Positions 25,716 through 39,339 of a DNA stretch of 64,000 bases are shown here, in pieces (the first letter of the stretch is position 1; every line of letters starts with the position of its first letter). Origin of the DNA: Camelus ferus (lineage: Eukaryota). The notes under the pieces were generated by a model. It saw only the letters and a program-made list of their open reading frames with translations. It made no database searches and was not told the origin of the DNA. The translations under genes and the position numbers were made by a program. The stretch lies in the NCBI RefSeq assembly GCF_009834535.1, contig NC_045696.1, positions 107,200,001-107,264,000 on the forward strand, given 5' to 3'.

Positions 25716-26336
25716 TCTTGCTTCAGAACTCAGATGTTGGACCTGAGGTCTGAGTCGCTGTAACACCTGAATCACTCTGAAAAGAAGAGCCAGCCCAGAC
25801 AGCTTAGAAGAGGCGGGCTGTGAAGCACTCTCCTTTCTGCCCAAACCCAGGTATTGCATCAGGGGGAGTGGCCTCGAAGAGTTCCAGAGAAAGGGCAGCT
25901 CTGGGGAACTTATGAATGTGCATGGGGGAGATACCTGGACCATAGGCTCTGTCCTTGAGGACCGTGCTGGTCCCTAGAGGACCCCTTGGTAGTGAGAAGG
26001 CAAGATTATTTGATCCTCTCATCAGATAACTATTGTCTTCCAAGTCTCCCTCTTGTGAGTACATTCAAGCTGGGTACTGATCAGCTCTTTTTGCTACATC
26101 CTTACTTCAGAAAAAGTAAAGTTAAAAAATTTTTTTAAATATTTTTCAAAAGTCAAGAGATGAAGAATACATAACTTCATATTTGCTTGCATTTGCAAAA
26201 AGAAAATATGGACCGAGATAGAGCAATTACCAAGATTATTTACCCTGGGGCAAAGAGAGTGGGGATTGGAAAGACGGAGGAGGAAAACGGGGACGAGACT
26301 CTTTGCAGTATCTTTTGTTTGAGGATTTAAAAAATT

Positions 26337-26792
26337 GTTTTTATTGTGGTAAAATACACATAACATAAAATTTACCATCTTAACCATTTTTAACTATACA
26401 GTCCAGTGGTAGTAAATACATCCAAATTGTTGTGTAACCATCACCACCATCTGTTCCCATAACTCTTTTCATCTTCTAAAACTGAAACTGTATTCAATAA
26501 AGAAGAACTCCCCCTTCTTCCCTCCCCCCAGCCCCTGGCAACCACCATTATACTTTCTGTCTTTACGATTTTGACTACTCTAAGTACCTCATAAGTGGAC
26601 TCATGCAGCACATGTCTTTTGTGACTGGCTTATTTCACTTAGCATAATGTCCCCAAAGTTCATCCATTTTGTAGCATATTGCAGAATTCCCTTCCTTTTA
26701 ATGGCTGAATAATATTCCACATGCCACATTTTGCTTATCCATTCATCCATTGATGGGCATTTGAGGTGCTTCTACATTTTAACTATTGCTTT
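26337..26792 (-). mobile_element. L1MA/MB-like 3' end, just upstream of IL20RB exon 1
   Basis: tttattgtggtaaaatacacataacataaaatttaccatcttaaccattttta...gactggcttatttcacttagcataatg. Confidence 0.9.
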
Positions 26793-28817
26793 CAATTCTT
26801 GTGGTGCTGTGTATCTTTTTATACTGTTTGATTAAAGGAGGAGTGTGAGTGTGTTCCTGGAGAAGATCCACATTTAAGGACCAACACAAGAAAAATGAAA
26901 TAGGAAGATATAAGGGGAAAAAAATAGGTCAGAGAGGTGGTCCTGGGACAAACTATGGTCCTGGAAATGATGAAGCATGGAGTGATCATCAAAGGGGGGT
27001 GCAGAAGAGTCACTGAATCAATCACTGGAAAATGTCTCTTGGATTTATGTCACCTAGAAGATCATTTGTAATCTCAGTAAGAGGAGTTTCAGCAGAGAAT
27101 TTGGATCAGAATCCAGATGGTTGTAGGTTGAGAAGTGGATGAGAAAAGCAGTGCTCTTTTGATGTGACGGGGAAGAAAGCAACTCCATGAACCCCATTTT
27201 TATAAAATAGATACAATGTCTTGTATAATAGTTGTGGGAATTAAAGAATGCAGACAAAGCACATCAGCACAGTGCCAGGAACACAAGTCTTCACAAATGC
27301 TGTATTAACCATTTGTCATATTAATAATATTAACTATTATTTATTAATTAGGGCTTATTTGCTCTGACTGGCCCTTTGGGGGCTACCCATTTTTCAGTTT
27401 GGCCACTGAATCAGCAAAGGCTTCCGGTTGGAGATACCCATTAGAGGGTAGTCATTAAAAGCATGGACTCTGGAGCCAGACTGTCTGGATTGGCATTCGG
27501 GCTCTGCCAGTCACTAGTTGTGGTTTTGAACAATTGTTTTAGTGTCCTCATCTGTATATTGACCTCATCATGGTAGAACACTTGGTGCATGCTCTCCTTG
27601 ATCCCTGAACTCCATACACATTTCCATATATTATATAACTTTTTAAATGAGGACACATCTGAAATTTACTTACTGTAGATCTTAGAGCTAGTCGGGGATG
27701 GAGACAGGAATTCTGACAGAGATCTGCCTAACTCCAAGTTCTTTTCACTCACCTTACTGCCTTCCAATTAGCACCAAAGGAGGGCTTACAATGTGTTTGA
27801 GGGACATAAAACAGTGAGTGAGTGATCTAGAAGATTAACAAAAGGTTTAGATAACAGACAGACCTCAATATGGAATTCCAAGGATGTACCCATTTAGATT
27901 TGGATAGAAGGGGTGAGTTTGCAGTTCAGCATTCCAATTGGGAGAATGGCATGGGCAAGGCCCAAGGATGGAAATGTTGAAGGGAAAATAGACTAAGGAT
28001 GAAAAGGAAAAGGAAAGTAAACAGAAAATGGGAGAAAGATCAAGACTCATTTAGTTATGCTACGGGGGAAGAAGGAAAGTTGTTCACCAAAACTCGAGGT
28101 CTTAAGATAGTTAGCTCAACTAGGCCTGGGTCCCTGTCAGGATGCCCCTGCCCAGAACTGCCATGTTGACAAGGCAATACTGCCTGCCAACTCTTCACAA
28201 GCCACTGCAAGGAGTCTCTGTCCTGGGCTCAGCACACATCTAGGGGCACTGAAGGGTAATGCTACCTGCCTGCCACAAGCTTTTGAATGACAGTCCCTCT
28301 CAGGACTGGCTGATGAATCAACAAGGCACTCAAACCAGCCACCTCTGCAGGACCCATGCCATTGAGTGAGAACTTCTTGAGGGCTATACCGCACCTGCTA
28401 GCCTCTACCCTTGCCTGGACATCCCCAACTCTGATCTTGCCTTTCTCTTCTGGCTTTGAGGAACTTCTCTTTCTATGCACTCTCATCAGCTGGTTGTGAT
28501 CTTTTGTCTGTGCAGCATGCCAAAACCAAACTATCCTAACCTGTTGCCTGCATTAATTTCCACTGCCTTCCAGAGCTGAAGATGATCAATCATCCGTGTA
28601 TGAAGATGCACTGGTGGAAGAATGAAGCTATTTCCTAACATAAGGTACACAGTCTAGAAATATGAATTTTTTTTCCTGTTACACTATTTGCCATTTAATT
28701 ATGGAAGGAAAAGCAAGGAGACACAAGGTTTTTATGGAAAGGTATAGAGTGGGGAGGGATAAAGGAGGTTGATGGTCAAGGAAGACTCCTAAGCTCTCTG
28801 AGCCCCATAAGGTTGGG

Positions 28818-28895
28818 ACTAGAATTAAGCAAGGGAGGCACCAGGGCAAAAAATTTGAGGCACTCACTCTTAGGGTTGTGCAAGTGCAGGGTAGG
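28818..28895. mobile_element. MER91/MER96-like hAT relic
   Basis: gactag...gaggcaccagggcaaaaaatttgaggcactcactcttagggttgtgcaagtgc. Confidence 0.5.
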
Positions 28896-31503
28896 TCCTG
28901 GTGCCGACATGGACTACATGGTTAATTAATTCCAATAACCCTTCCTTGTCCTACTTAGCACAGAATAGTTCTCTTCCCTTTACCAAGATTCCTAAATATC
29001 TATGTCCTGTGTTTTAGCATCTCACATTTAATTGTAACCCGCTGTCTCAATTTTTTTTTCCTGGAAGTAACACAACACAGGGTATTTAAACAGTAGCATT
29101 CTCCTTGTCTTAGATTCTTCTAACTCCCACTTCCACTGAATCTGCTCCAGGTATCACTTCCACAAACTTTCACGCTTTAGTTTTCAGGTTTCTTGCAGCC
29201 CTTCTCTGAACATATTTTACTTTTTCAGTTTCCTTCCTAGTTTATTGTCTGGCCACCAGTGAAGAATTTAACCTCCCTTAATCTCAATTCTTTCCTTAGG
29301 GTGTGATGAATGAAAACCCTTGTCTGTCCAGCTGTCCTTCTTCCTATAGTTGTAACTGGCTCTTTTCTATGCGACATTCTCCCAACAACTCCTCTTGAGA
29401 TGGAGAATCAGGCCTTACTCAGAATTGCACTTTGTAGTTAAAAGTTCCACATTTAAATAAAACAAATACCATTTTATTCAATCTTCAAATTTGAAAACTA
29501 GAAACAATACTCTGTAATAGTGAAGATCTTAATGTAATGTTCAAATGATTTTGGTTGCTGTATTTTCACTTTCACTCATTTAATCCTAGTCATCAGTGAT
29601 TTTATTAAGTGAAGCATACGTGCTCAAGACCAATTTAACCAGAGGCCTCCTTTGACCATCCTATACAAATTAACACCCCGCTCTCACTCTCCAACCCTTC
29701 ATTCTGTTTTTTTCTTCATAGCACTTCTCCATCAGGCATTACACCACTAGAAATGTAAGTTTTACGACAGCTTTTGGATGACTTTGTCCGTTTTCTTCAC
29801 TATCATATTGCTAGATTGGTCCAGCACCTGCACAAATATTTGAGGTGAGTTGCTTGGATGCTGATAAATGTCTCCAAAAGCTAAACAGACACAGGATCAT
29901 ACACATAGATGTTACAGAGAAAACATACTTTTCTTGTCAATACCAAGTAATTAGTATATGCCCTGATGAAAACAGTATTTGTTTTCTACATCCTCTTACC
30001 TATAGTCTAGAAAACATACCAAAACAAGTAAAGGTTTGTCATTACTTGTTCTGAGAAAAGGCATGCTTATTCAGGGATTAATTTCTCTTACAAGCATTCA
30101 AAAAATATCAATAACCATGCCAGTGTTCAACCTAAAATAGACAACACTTCAGTCTCATTCTGGAATCCACCTATCCCCATAATTTCCCCAAAGCAAATTT
30201 TCTACGGAGTTTAAGATATTATCTTAGCCTAGAGATTTATTTAAAGCAATTATCTTAACTACCTTAGATGTTTATTTTTGTCTAGTTTTAATGTTTGTTT
30301 TCCTGTTTGAAAGTCATTATCATTCCATGAGGTACAAGAAAACACGGAGAGAGAAAATTGAGTGCTCTTTGTCTTCTGTAGCTGTAACTACAAATAAAAC
30401 TTGCAACGTTATTCCAAAATAGTGAGACCAGCTTTTCCATGAGCTTTAAAAACAGCTTAAGAAGTAATCTGAGTAGAAACATTTAAAAATCAGCCAGTCC
30501 TAAGTAAATTAAATGTTCGGGCTAAGCCATTGCAGGCATCAGGCCAATTCTGATGTTTCTGAGATAGTGAAAGTGCCCTGGCCAACAAACATATTCTCAA
30601 AAAAAGACACTTTGGTTTAAAATATTTACCTGTGAGAACACGGCCAATGATAACTAAAACTCCTCCTCCTGCTCTTCAAAACCTCACCATACCCAATTTA
30701 TGTTCTACTTATTAAACAAGTCTCAGCAAACTCTATATACTTTCAAAAGAATCACTCATTAGTAAACTAGGAAAATACATTTCAGTTCTTCAGTCATTTG
30801 GTTTTAGGTCATGTAGCAGCAAGAAACTGAGGTGTGCAGTATGCATAGCATTCTGGTCTGTAAGCGTTTAGAAGTTGAGTCATATAAACTTGCTAAACCA
30901 AAAGAACCAGTTTATCAGAAGAGAGGAGCTCCTACACCTTGCCTTGCAATAGAATAAAATATTGGTTTTCCGCAGCTGTAATATGGCATTTTCAAAAAGT
31001 CCACTGGATGCTATTCCAAACATAAAACGAGGAAGTCATCTACCCTTTATCAAATGTGCTTTGTTAGAAGTGACTTCAGTTGTGAAGCCATTCAAAAACA
31101 GTTAAAAGATACAAGATTACAAAGGATCCCTTTATCTTCCAGCAAAATGTGAAAGTGGGAAAATTAAAGCACACTGTAACACTACATTGCTAATTCATTG
31201 ACATGTTTCTGAAAAGTGAGTTTCCAGATTCCAAACCAAAAACTCCAAGTTACAGGAAAAGCAGGAAGTAACAGTAACTGCACTTGGAGATTTGAACTAG
31301 GGAGATAAAGGATGGGAAAGAGACTTATTTACACTAGTTTAATTTTTTTTACCTAGTGCATTGGTAAAAATAAAAGGACCATCCATACTACCTTGTAGTC
31401 ACTTTACAGGAATTCAAATTCAGTATTATCAGCTTCTCATTTTTCAGGGCAAACCAGAACTCTGAATTTTATGTGAAATACCTCGATTTTTAAATGTTAA
31501 CAA

Positions 31504-31509
31504 TTTATT
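31504..31509 (-). terminator. NCK1: Candidate distal NCK1 polyadenylation signal AATAAA (long 3'UTR)
   Basis: AATAAA on the minus strand about 3.1 kb past the stop codon, at the end of a repeat-poor AT-rich tract. Its use is inferred only. Confidence 0.35.
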
Positions 31510-33836
31510 TTTTTAAGCAGTGTGGGTTGAACTGCATTCCTATTTGGTTGTATCTCGAGCAGGGCACCTTGCAAGATAGGGGAAGGGTAGTGGTGGTAAG
31601 CTTTGGGCTTCACAACAACAAAAGTGGCTGTGCTTGCCAGGGGAAGAGGTGCCTTTTCCTGATTCTCACAAAGGTACCCACACAGATGGAAGTGGCCCTG
31701 CTTCTTGCAATCTTGGATTAGATGACAGAATTAAAGCAATAATGCTAGAGATAACTTATATGCCATTAATCGGTCCACATATCCATGAGGATAACATTCT
31801 AACAACTCAAGTTGCTCATCTGCTAGGCTTTCTATTCTTCCAGCAATGGCAATGGATCGCACTTAGGCCTTCCTATTTTATTAAGTGATGTATCTGTGAC
31901 ACGCTACCTTTAATAGTGCCAGGTGCCTTGTGTTCCTGTGTATCAATGATGTGTGAACATTCAGCTGAACTTAAGGACTTATGACCAAGTAACAGATACA
32001 GCAGCAATGGCTTTCTGTTGCTGAGTTTATGTAATTCCAAGATTTGGAGAAGTTATTTGTAGATGTGGGTTGGGTAGGGAAATGTGTGTTATGAAATTTA
32101 AATTGATAGTTAAGCACCTCTTCACAGGTGGAAGAAAATTTCTCTAACACTGCTCTTCCTAGGATTCTCCTCCTGGTCTAAAAACAAGCACACAGAGGCC
32201 AATGTGTCATGATACAGGGTATACCAGGCTTGGAATAAGGTAACTTGGTTTCTAATACAAGTCTTGCTACTAGCTAGCTATGTAGCTGTTTTCTAAGATA
32301 GTTCTAGTTCTTAAGAAAATTAATTCATGCTCTTTAAAAAGTCATTGATGTAAAGGTTGGTTTAAGACCTTAAAAAACTGATAAAATGTTAAAAGTACAA
32401 AATTAACTAGTTTCCAGTGAGGTTTTCATCACATAATAAGAAGAGTACACAATAACTATTATTGGTACACATGGACTATCTAGGAATTCTCCAGTTACCA
32501 TAAATCTAATTATGGCACAGAAATATGGATTCTTCCAGTGCTACTCCATTCCTAGCTACTGTCTCAAAATACTTAACATCAGCTCAGCAGGGGTTTGCTA
32601 TAAATAGCTCATGTCTGTGATATAAAATATTAATTGCTCTCCCCTCCCCCCTTTTTTAAAACATACATCCATTTTTTAAATAAGACTGAAGGGGGGGGAC
32701 CACAAAGAGATGGAAAATAAAAAGAAAGCATCATAAAGTATTGGTTTAAAATGAAAAAGATGTTTACTACCCAGTCATTTTACAACAACTTTAAACTATT
32801 TCCTTCAATTTATACTCAAGTGATTTTATAGCAAAAAAGAAAGGTAAGCATACATTTTGTTTCCATTAAATTTGCCTACTAATTCTCACCTTAATAAACA
32901 AAGGGAGGCTGAGAAAGATAAGTGAAATATGAATCAAAAGGTTTTAAAAACAGATGTAATGAAGATAAAAAATTGTATATCAATGTCTTAATCATATTTA
33001 CTGACTGCTGTTGCTTAGTGGGAGAAGCCAGGGCTGCCACCCAGTGGCAATGTAAAACTAAATGATTTAAAGTTTTAGAGAATTAAACAAACGTTTAAAA
33101 TAAAACACATTTTAAAAACACCAAAATCAAAAACCTCACGAATTAGATGACTTTAATTTTAACATCAATAATTCTGGTGTCTTGTATATAACATGTTAAA
33201 GAATAGAAATATTCATTTGCCTAGGCGGTACTGGGGACATTTTTCAAAATCTCATATGACCTCCTACTGTTTACTAAGTTTTGTGGTTTTAGCAGGTGTT
33301 TTTAATTAAAACATTGAAGGTTACCTTGCTTAAATTAAACCTCCAGAATTTATAATGGGGGGAAAGGTGTGACCATAAACTACAACTGGATAGAACCTAC
33401 AACCTACGGAAGTAGACTCAATACTCTATAGTAGCCTCTCCTCTGTACACCCAAATTTCTGCTTGATAACCAAAAACATAATAGAAGGACCTGTAAAAAT
33501 AAGATCCTAAAAATAATTTTCCCTAACCATTAACTTTTCCTCAGGTATACATCAATTTTAGTGTCCCAGTCAACAAAACTCAAAAGCTAAAAGATGAAAA
33601 TGAAGATAGTATAAATATTATACCTGATAATTACTGATGTTTAGGAGGGGAGGGATGAGGGGGAGCCAAGTATCTCATTGCCTCCTACTTGCTCAAAATT
33701 TGGCCAGAGCTTTTTTCACACTGACAGAGATACAACATATTCAAATACAAGACACTCTGGTAAAATAACACTGGGGAAAAAAATTACACTAGAGCCTCTA
33801 TTTATAGTTTGAAAAGCTAAATATCTCAGAGACTGC

Positions 33837-33842
33837 TTTATT
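33837..33842 (-). terminator. NCK1: Candidate proximal NCK1 polyadenylation signal AATAAA (another at 34087-34092)
   Basis: Plus-strand tttatt is AATAAA on the minus strand, about 730 nt past the stop codon in AT-rich 3'UTR-like sequence. Confidence 0.55.
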
Positions 33843-34569
33843 CTTTTGAATAACCAGATGAGAGAGAAGCACAAAAAAAAAAAAAAAAAAAACCTTAGGA
33901 ATTTAGATTTTTGTTTCCAACAGCTGTAAATCTAAATTGTTCAAGTTATGTTTTCTAACCTGTCCCATGTGTTTTGCTTTACACTGAAGATGAATGAATT
34001 TTGAAAATAATAGCAGACACAACATACTTCATATTTACAGTGGCTTGTGACAAATACAATACCTGAAAATAATTTCCAATTTTCCATTTATTATTGCTAT
34101 TTAGTCACAGAAAAGATTATCAACTCTCCAAGAAATGTATTTTAGCATATGCCATATGTTGATATAACTGATATAATTTTATATGAAGACCACTGCAAAA
34201 GTAACTAAGGTGGTGCCCTTATAAGGAAATAAAGGAAAGGCAAAAAAGAAATTTTTCCATATAAAGACTTCTGATCTGCATCATTTTTAAAATATAAAAC
34301 CTTAATATTAGAAGCAAAGAGAAAAACAGCAAAGAAAACAATAAAACAGAAGACCAAAGATAAGAAATTGCTCTATGCAGATGCTTGGCATATGTAGTAT
34401 ATATGTATGAGCTGAATTATAATAAAAAATACTTATATACTATATAGTCAATTCTCATATAGAGTTAGAGACAGCAATTTCCAGTCAAGGATGACTGGGC
34501 TGATATTTTCTCAGTCTTCAATTACATGATGAATTAAAACTGTGTAGCAGTCACTTCTGGTCAGCAGTA

Positions 34570-34764
34570 TCATGATAAATGCTTGATAAGATACAATTTT
34601 TCTCCTTGTTCACTTGTAAAAATTGGTGCCTTTTTGTAATGTTCTACAAGTTCTTCCATGGTGCTGAATTTACGCTGCCCAATGCAGTAGACAGTCTCTT
34701 TTAGTTGGACTTTAAAATGTTTGTTTTTCCCTTGTGCTTTTAGTGATACTGAGAAATCATTTGG
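34570..34764 (-). CDS. NCK1: NCK1 last coding exon (SH2 C-terminal part, [64 protein letters not shown]), 195 nt
   Basis: Acceptor ctcttttag|CCAAATGAT at 34765 and TGA at 34572-34570. The three exons sum to 1134 nt = 377 aa + stop. Confidence 0.99.
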   Translation of the reverse strand, partial: PNDFSVSLKAQGKNKHFKVQLKETVYCIGQRKFSTMEELVEHYKKAPIFTSEQGEKLYLIKHLS

Positions 34765-36795
34765 CTAAAAGAGAAAAAAAACATGTCAGATAAGCATTTT
34801 GAAAGACATCTATTAGTATTTTTATATTAAACTAATAATAGCTAAAACTTGAGCACTAAGTATGAGGCATGATGCTAAATTATTTACATGAATTATCTAT
34901 CTCCTTTATTCCTCAAAACAAACCCATTTTACGGTTGAAAAAAATCAAGGTTGAAGAGAACTAAGTTACCCAAGATCATCCATTAACAAAAGAGAGTTTA
35001 AAAAAAAAAGATCCAGGATTCAAATCTAAGAAGTCAGACTCCAAAGTCTCTTAACGAATACTCTCTACTTAACGCCCAGGGCAAATTCTTCAGTTTAACA
35101 TCTCAAGTGTAAGAGCTATCTTCTCTCCATTCGGACTACTGGAGAAACACACGACAAAGTCCAAGACATCTACCCCTTTCAATTAGTAGCTAACAGTAGC
35201 GGTCTTACAGAGTAGCTGACATAATAGTCTGAATTCTCAAAGATGAAGAACACAGAAATAAGAACTAATATAAATGCTAGTAAAAGGATATAAAGTCAAA
35301 TGCCTACAAGGGGCAAAAAAGAAATGTAGACAAGGGATAGGGTGGCTATGGGGAACAACAGTGCGTGGCCTCTAAAGGAGGTGGCTGGCCACTTAGCTAG
35401 CTGCAATTGTTGCCTTGCAGGAATATGGCTCAATGCTGACAGGCCTTCCAATTTTAAAAGGGAAGTCTGATGTCTAAATTTTTCTAATAAATATCCCAAT
35501 ATTTAAATGCTGACAATGAATTAAAATGTTTAAAAAACACTCTGCAGGTCAAAAAAAATGCCTATTTGAGACCTCTACTTTTAAAATTCTACTACTAAAA
35601 ATAATGGTATATTTTGGTTAACATCTATGCTTAATTACCCACAAGAAAATATACAGTACTCTGTAACCAAGCTACTTTCTTAGTCTTCTTTTTTCTTAAC
35701 CTAACATTCTTTTATATTGTTTATATCAACCACAGAAGTGTCTTATGCAGTACTGCCAAAGTTTCAAACAGTAGGTTTCTTGGAAACATCCTATACTAAT
35801 GGTTATTAATCCAGGGTCACTGCCTTCCTAACTTCTCCACCCAGTGCTTGTCTTGGAAAGCAGGGTCAGGTCAGGCATCTAACAGAAAACAAATCCCACC
35901 CACTTCTCCCTGTCATCAACCACCTGTTCTTCCTGAGGGGTTATGTACAGCCCTCCGTTCACTGAACTTCACATTGGGCAGTTCAATTAATTTCAGTCTT
36001 GCCTTCCTCTCTCCCCTACACGCACGCATGCACAGGTTTTCCTCTTTCAACCTTTTTGTACAATCACATTCACTTTTGTACAACTACATACACACAAAGC
36101 CAATACTAATTATGATTTTAAAAGTGGAAAGGAGTGATATCCTTTATCAAGGAAAACTAAAGGCCATTTTAAAGGGAAATGAATATCATCAAATTCTAAT
36201 ATCCTGCATAGTACCCAAGAGAGTCCACATAGCTACCTCCTTATTCAATTTTTATGGTTTTATAGTTTTACCAGTATTAGGACAGAATTTATCTTCTATT
36301 GCAGATGCACTTCAAATACAGTGCATGTTTAAATGGATTTCTGGGGTACATAATAAGTACACCCAAACAACCAATTTATAGAGAAAACTCAAATATCAAT
36401 TTTTTAAACTTATGGATTTCTGTTATTGTAAGGATGACAGTGCACCCAATATGCAATTGAAGAATGTTTTCCCAGTTTGGTCTACTGCATTGTTCTACTC
36501 TCAGCAAAGAAGCCAGTGTTCGATTTTCTTCATTTTTCAGTTTAATGCAACAGAAAATATTTCAGGAAGGCAAAACCAGCTGAACTAGACAAGGCCAAAT
36601 AATCCAGTGTGGGATTATATTTCAGTAAACATAAATACACCTGGAAAGAATATTGACTTTTGCTCAGAATATTTATGCTTATATCCCAACTTACTACCAT
36701 CTGGTTAATTTTAGGAAAGCCACTTAACCTCTGCAATCTTCTATTTTTTTAATAGTCAGAGCTCTATTTCCATTTACCTTTGAAAACCAACTTAC

Positions 36796-37508
36796 CGAAG
36801 ATTCACTATCACGAATGAGGAAATCACCTTCGTGCCCTCTTTCATTTAATGCCATCTCTGCTTGATGCCTGGTCACTTTCCCATAATACCATGGATTGCC
36901 AGCAAATTTTCCAGTGAGTGAAGGCCTAATGTAATCACACTGTGGAGGCGATGGTTCCAAACCTGAGGTTAAGGGATTATTCTGCATAATGGTAACATAG
37001 TTTTTTGGCACCAGACCAACCATTCCATTGATCTTCCTGCATTTCCACCACTCGGGGTCATTTTCAGGTTTTTCAATAACATCCATTATATCTCCTTTCT
37101 CAAAATTAAGTTCTTCATCGTTGGACGAGCTGAATGGGTAGAGCGCCTGTACCACGTGTAACACTTGCCCAGTATTTAGGTTATTGACGACTGCTGCTAA
37201 TTTCTCTGACAAAGAACCCACATGGTCACCCAAAGGACTGTCCCCTTCCTCGGTTACATAGTTTGAAGGGAACCATCCAACTTGTCCATTGTAGCTACCC
37301 CGCCACCACCCATCACTGCATTTCTCCATGACGATCACCTTCGTTCCTTTTATCAATGATAATTCATCCTCTCTCTCGGCCATGTAGTTAAATTTCACAT
37401 AAGCAGGCATGTTGAGGTCATAGAGACGTTCCCCTGGGTCAACAAAGCTATCATCAGCAGGAGACGCAGAATCTGGCACACTAGGCTTTCTTTTCACTTT
37501 TCCAATGC
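36796..37508 (-). CDS. NCK1: NCK1 large middle exon (SH3-2, SH3-3, start of SH2), 713 nt
   Basis: Acceptor tatacag|GCATTGGA at 37509 and donor CTTCG|gtaagt at 36795. Contains [28 protein letters not shown] and WYYGKVTR...[10 protein letters not shown] motifs. Confidence 0.99.
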
Positions 37509-37683
37509 CTGTATAAATAAAAAGGGGTAATGAGAAGAGAATATAAAATGATAATCAAAACACCAACTTATTAATTATTTAAAAATGGATCTCCAACTCT
37601 GTAATTCTTTTAAGCCTTTTAACTAAGGTAACAAATCCCTCCCTCCCTTGTTTTTTTCATTCTTTACAACCTCATGGCTTCTT

Positions 37684-37768
37684 CTTCTTCTTCTTGTAAA
37701 TTTTTTTTATTGAGTTATAGTCATTTTACAAATATTGTGTCAAATTCCAGTGTAGAGCACAATTTTCC
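37684..37768 (-). mobile_element. 85-bp L1 3' tip with a 14-bp TSD, sense to NCK1
   Basis: The minus strand reads tgtgctctacactggaatttgacacaatatttgtaaaatgactataactcaataaaa. TSD cctcatggcttctt at 37670-37683 and 37769-37782. Confidence 0.85.
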
Positions 37769-39339
37769 CCTCATGGCTTCTTTATTTTATATAACTGGAG
37801 GTTTGTTCCTTCTGACCCCTTTCACAAATTCTTTCATAACCAAACACTTAACTACAGTTACTATATGACAGTTTACCTTTTTACCTTACCGTCTTTTCTC
37901 GTGTCAAACGCCCTGAAATAATTGCATAACAATTATAAAGTTGCCCTAAATTAACGAATTTTCTCTTAAATGTAAATATAAGGTTACTTCTCTCATATCT
38001 ACAATCTAAGTACATAAAGGCTCCACCAAACCCATATTCTTCTTGTCTTACTTCATTAACCAAGATTCTATAACTAACTGTATAGAAATAAAACAGTAAC
38101 TTAAATTACATCTTGATATGCAACATAAAATTGTAGCTATGTCTAAGTAATCCTCTCATTTACTTTCTTAGTCCCCTGACCCAGGATGCATTATTTACCT
38201 CACGTTTATTTTAAAATACTATACTGTTTACTTGCTTGTCTCCCTTCACCCGATTCACACATAAGCTCCACAAGGGTAGGGATTTTTGTTGACTGTGTTC
38301 ATGAATTTAATCCCAAGGACCTCATATAGTGTTTAGTACACAGTAGATGCTTAATATATATTTGTTAAAAGAAATGAAAAAAAAATTACCAAATGATACT
38401 ATCACAAATGTATGCTCCATCAACTTTAGTCAGGCATTTTCACTACTGCTTACTTCTTAACACAAGGTTTTGTGTTCTACTTTTATTGAGAAAAGTAAAG
38501 CATTCCTAGGTAAAATTTCTCAAATACCTTCTCACTATCTCAAAATTCTTTCTAATTATCCTTATTCTTTTTCTTCTCCCAAGTTTCCAACTTTTGATCC
38601 TTCTGGGTTCTGAATACCATCTTCCCTGCCTCTTTTTGGGACTCTTAGCCATCCTTGTTTCCCTCCTACTCATTCCTTTCTATTGTCTAAAAACACACGT
38701 AGATCACTTCAATTCCAAAATAAAGTTACATCAACTCTATTAATCCTTTTAAACGACACCATTCTTTAGAAAGCTGTCTTCCCTTTTTCTTTCATCTTTT
38801 TCACTACTCACTCGCTCACTCCTAACTCCTTATAATCTGGTCCTCTATCTCCACCAAAACTACTCAACTAAAACCATTCTTATGAAAACTGTGTCATCTC
38901 TTCATTGTCAAATCAGCCCCTATTAGAGCCCCTCAGTCTTTTCAAACTCTCTACACAGCAGTCAAGATCCCAGATTACTCTCTCCAACATTTTCTTCTTC
39001 TATAACTTTCCTGAGAGTCTCCTGTTTTCCCTAATGACCTGTTTAAACACTCGTGTTCCTCTGTCTAGGCTTCTCTAAATCTTGTTATAAAATTGCACTG
39101 TACTTGTTTACTCACCCATCTTAATAAAAGAGTGAGATTCCTGGGGGCAGTAAACTGGATCTTACGGCCTTATATTTCCAGCACTTAGAAGTAACTATAT
39201 TAGTAACAGGAACAAAGTGATTGTTTGCTGAAAAAATTAGTGGATGATTCCTTAGTTGAAAGTGCTTCCCAAGATGCCATGCTTGGACTTAAACTCCAGG
39301 GCTTTATCCCTCCAAAAGAGTAATTAATGAGTTGGTGAA

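Noticed and set aside
25882..25891. STAT6-type TTC-N4-GAA motif upstream of IL20RB
   Set aside because: A single 6-base-specific motif is expected by chance, and I have no conservation data.
35848..36381. 177-aa plus-strand ORF antisense to NCK1 intron 3
   Set aside because: It starts at TTG and has no recognisable domain or splice support.
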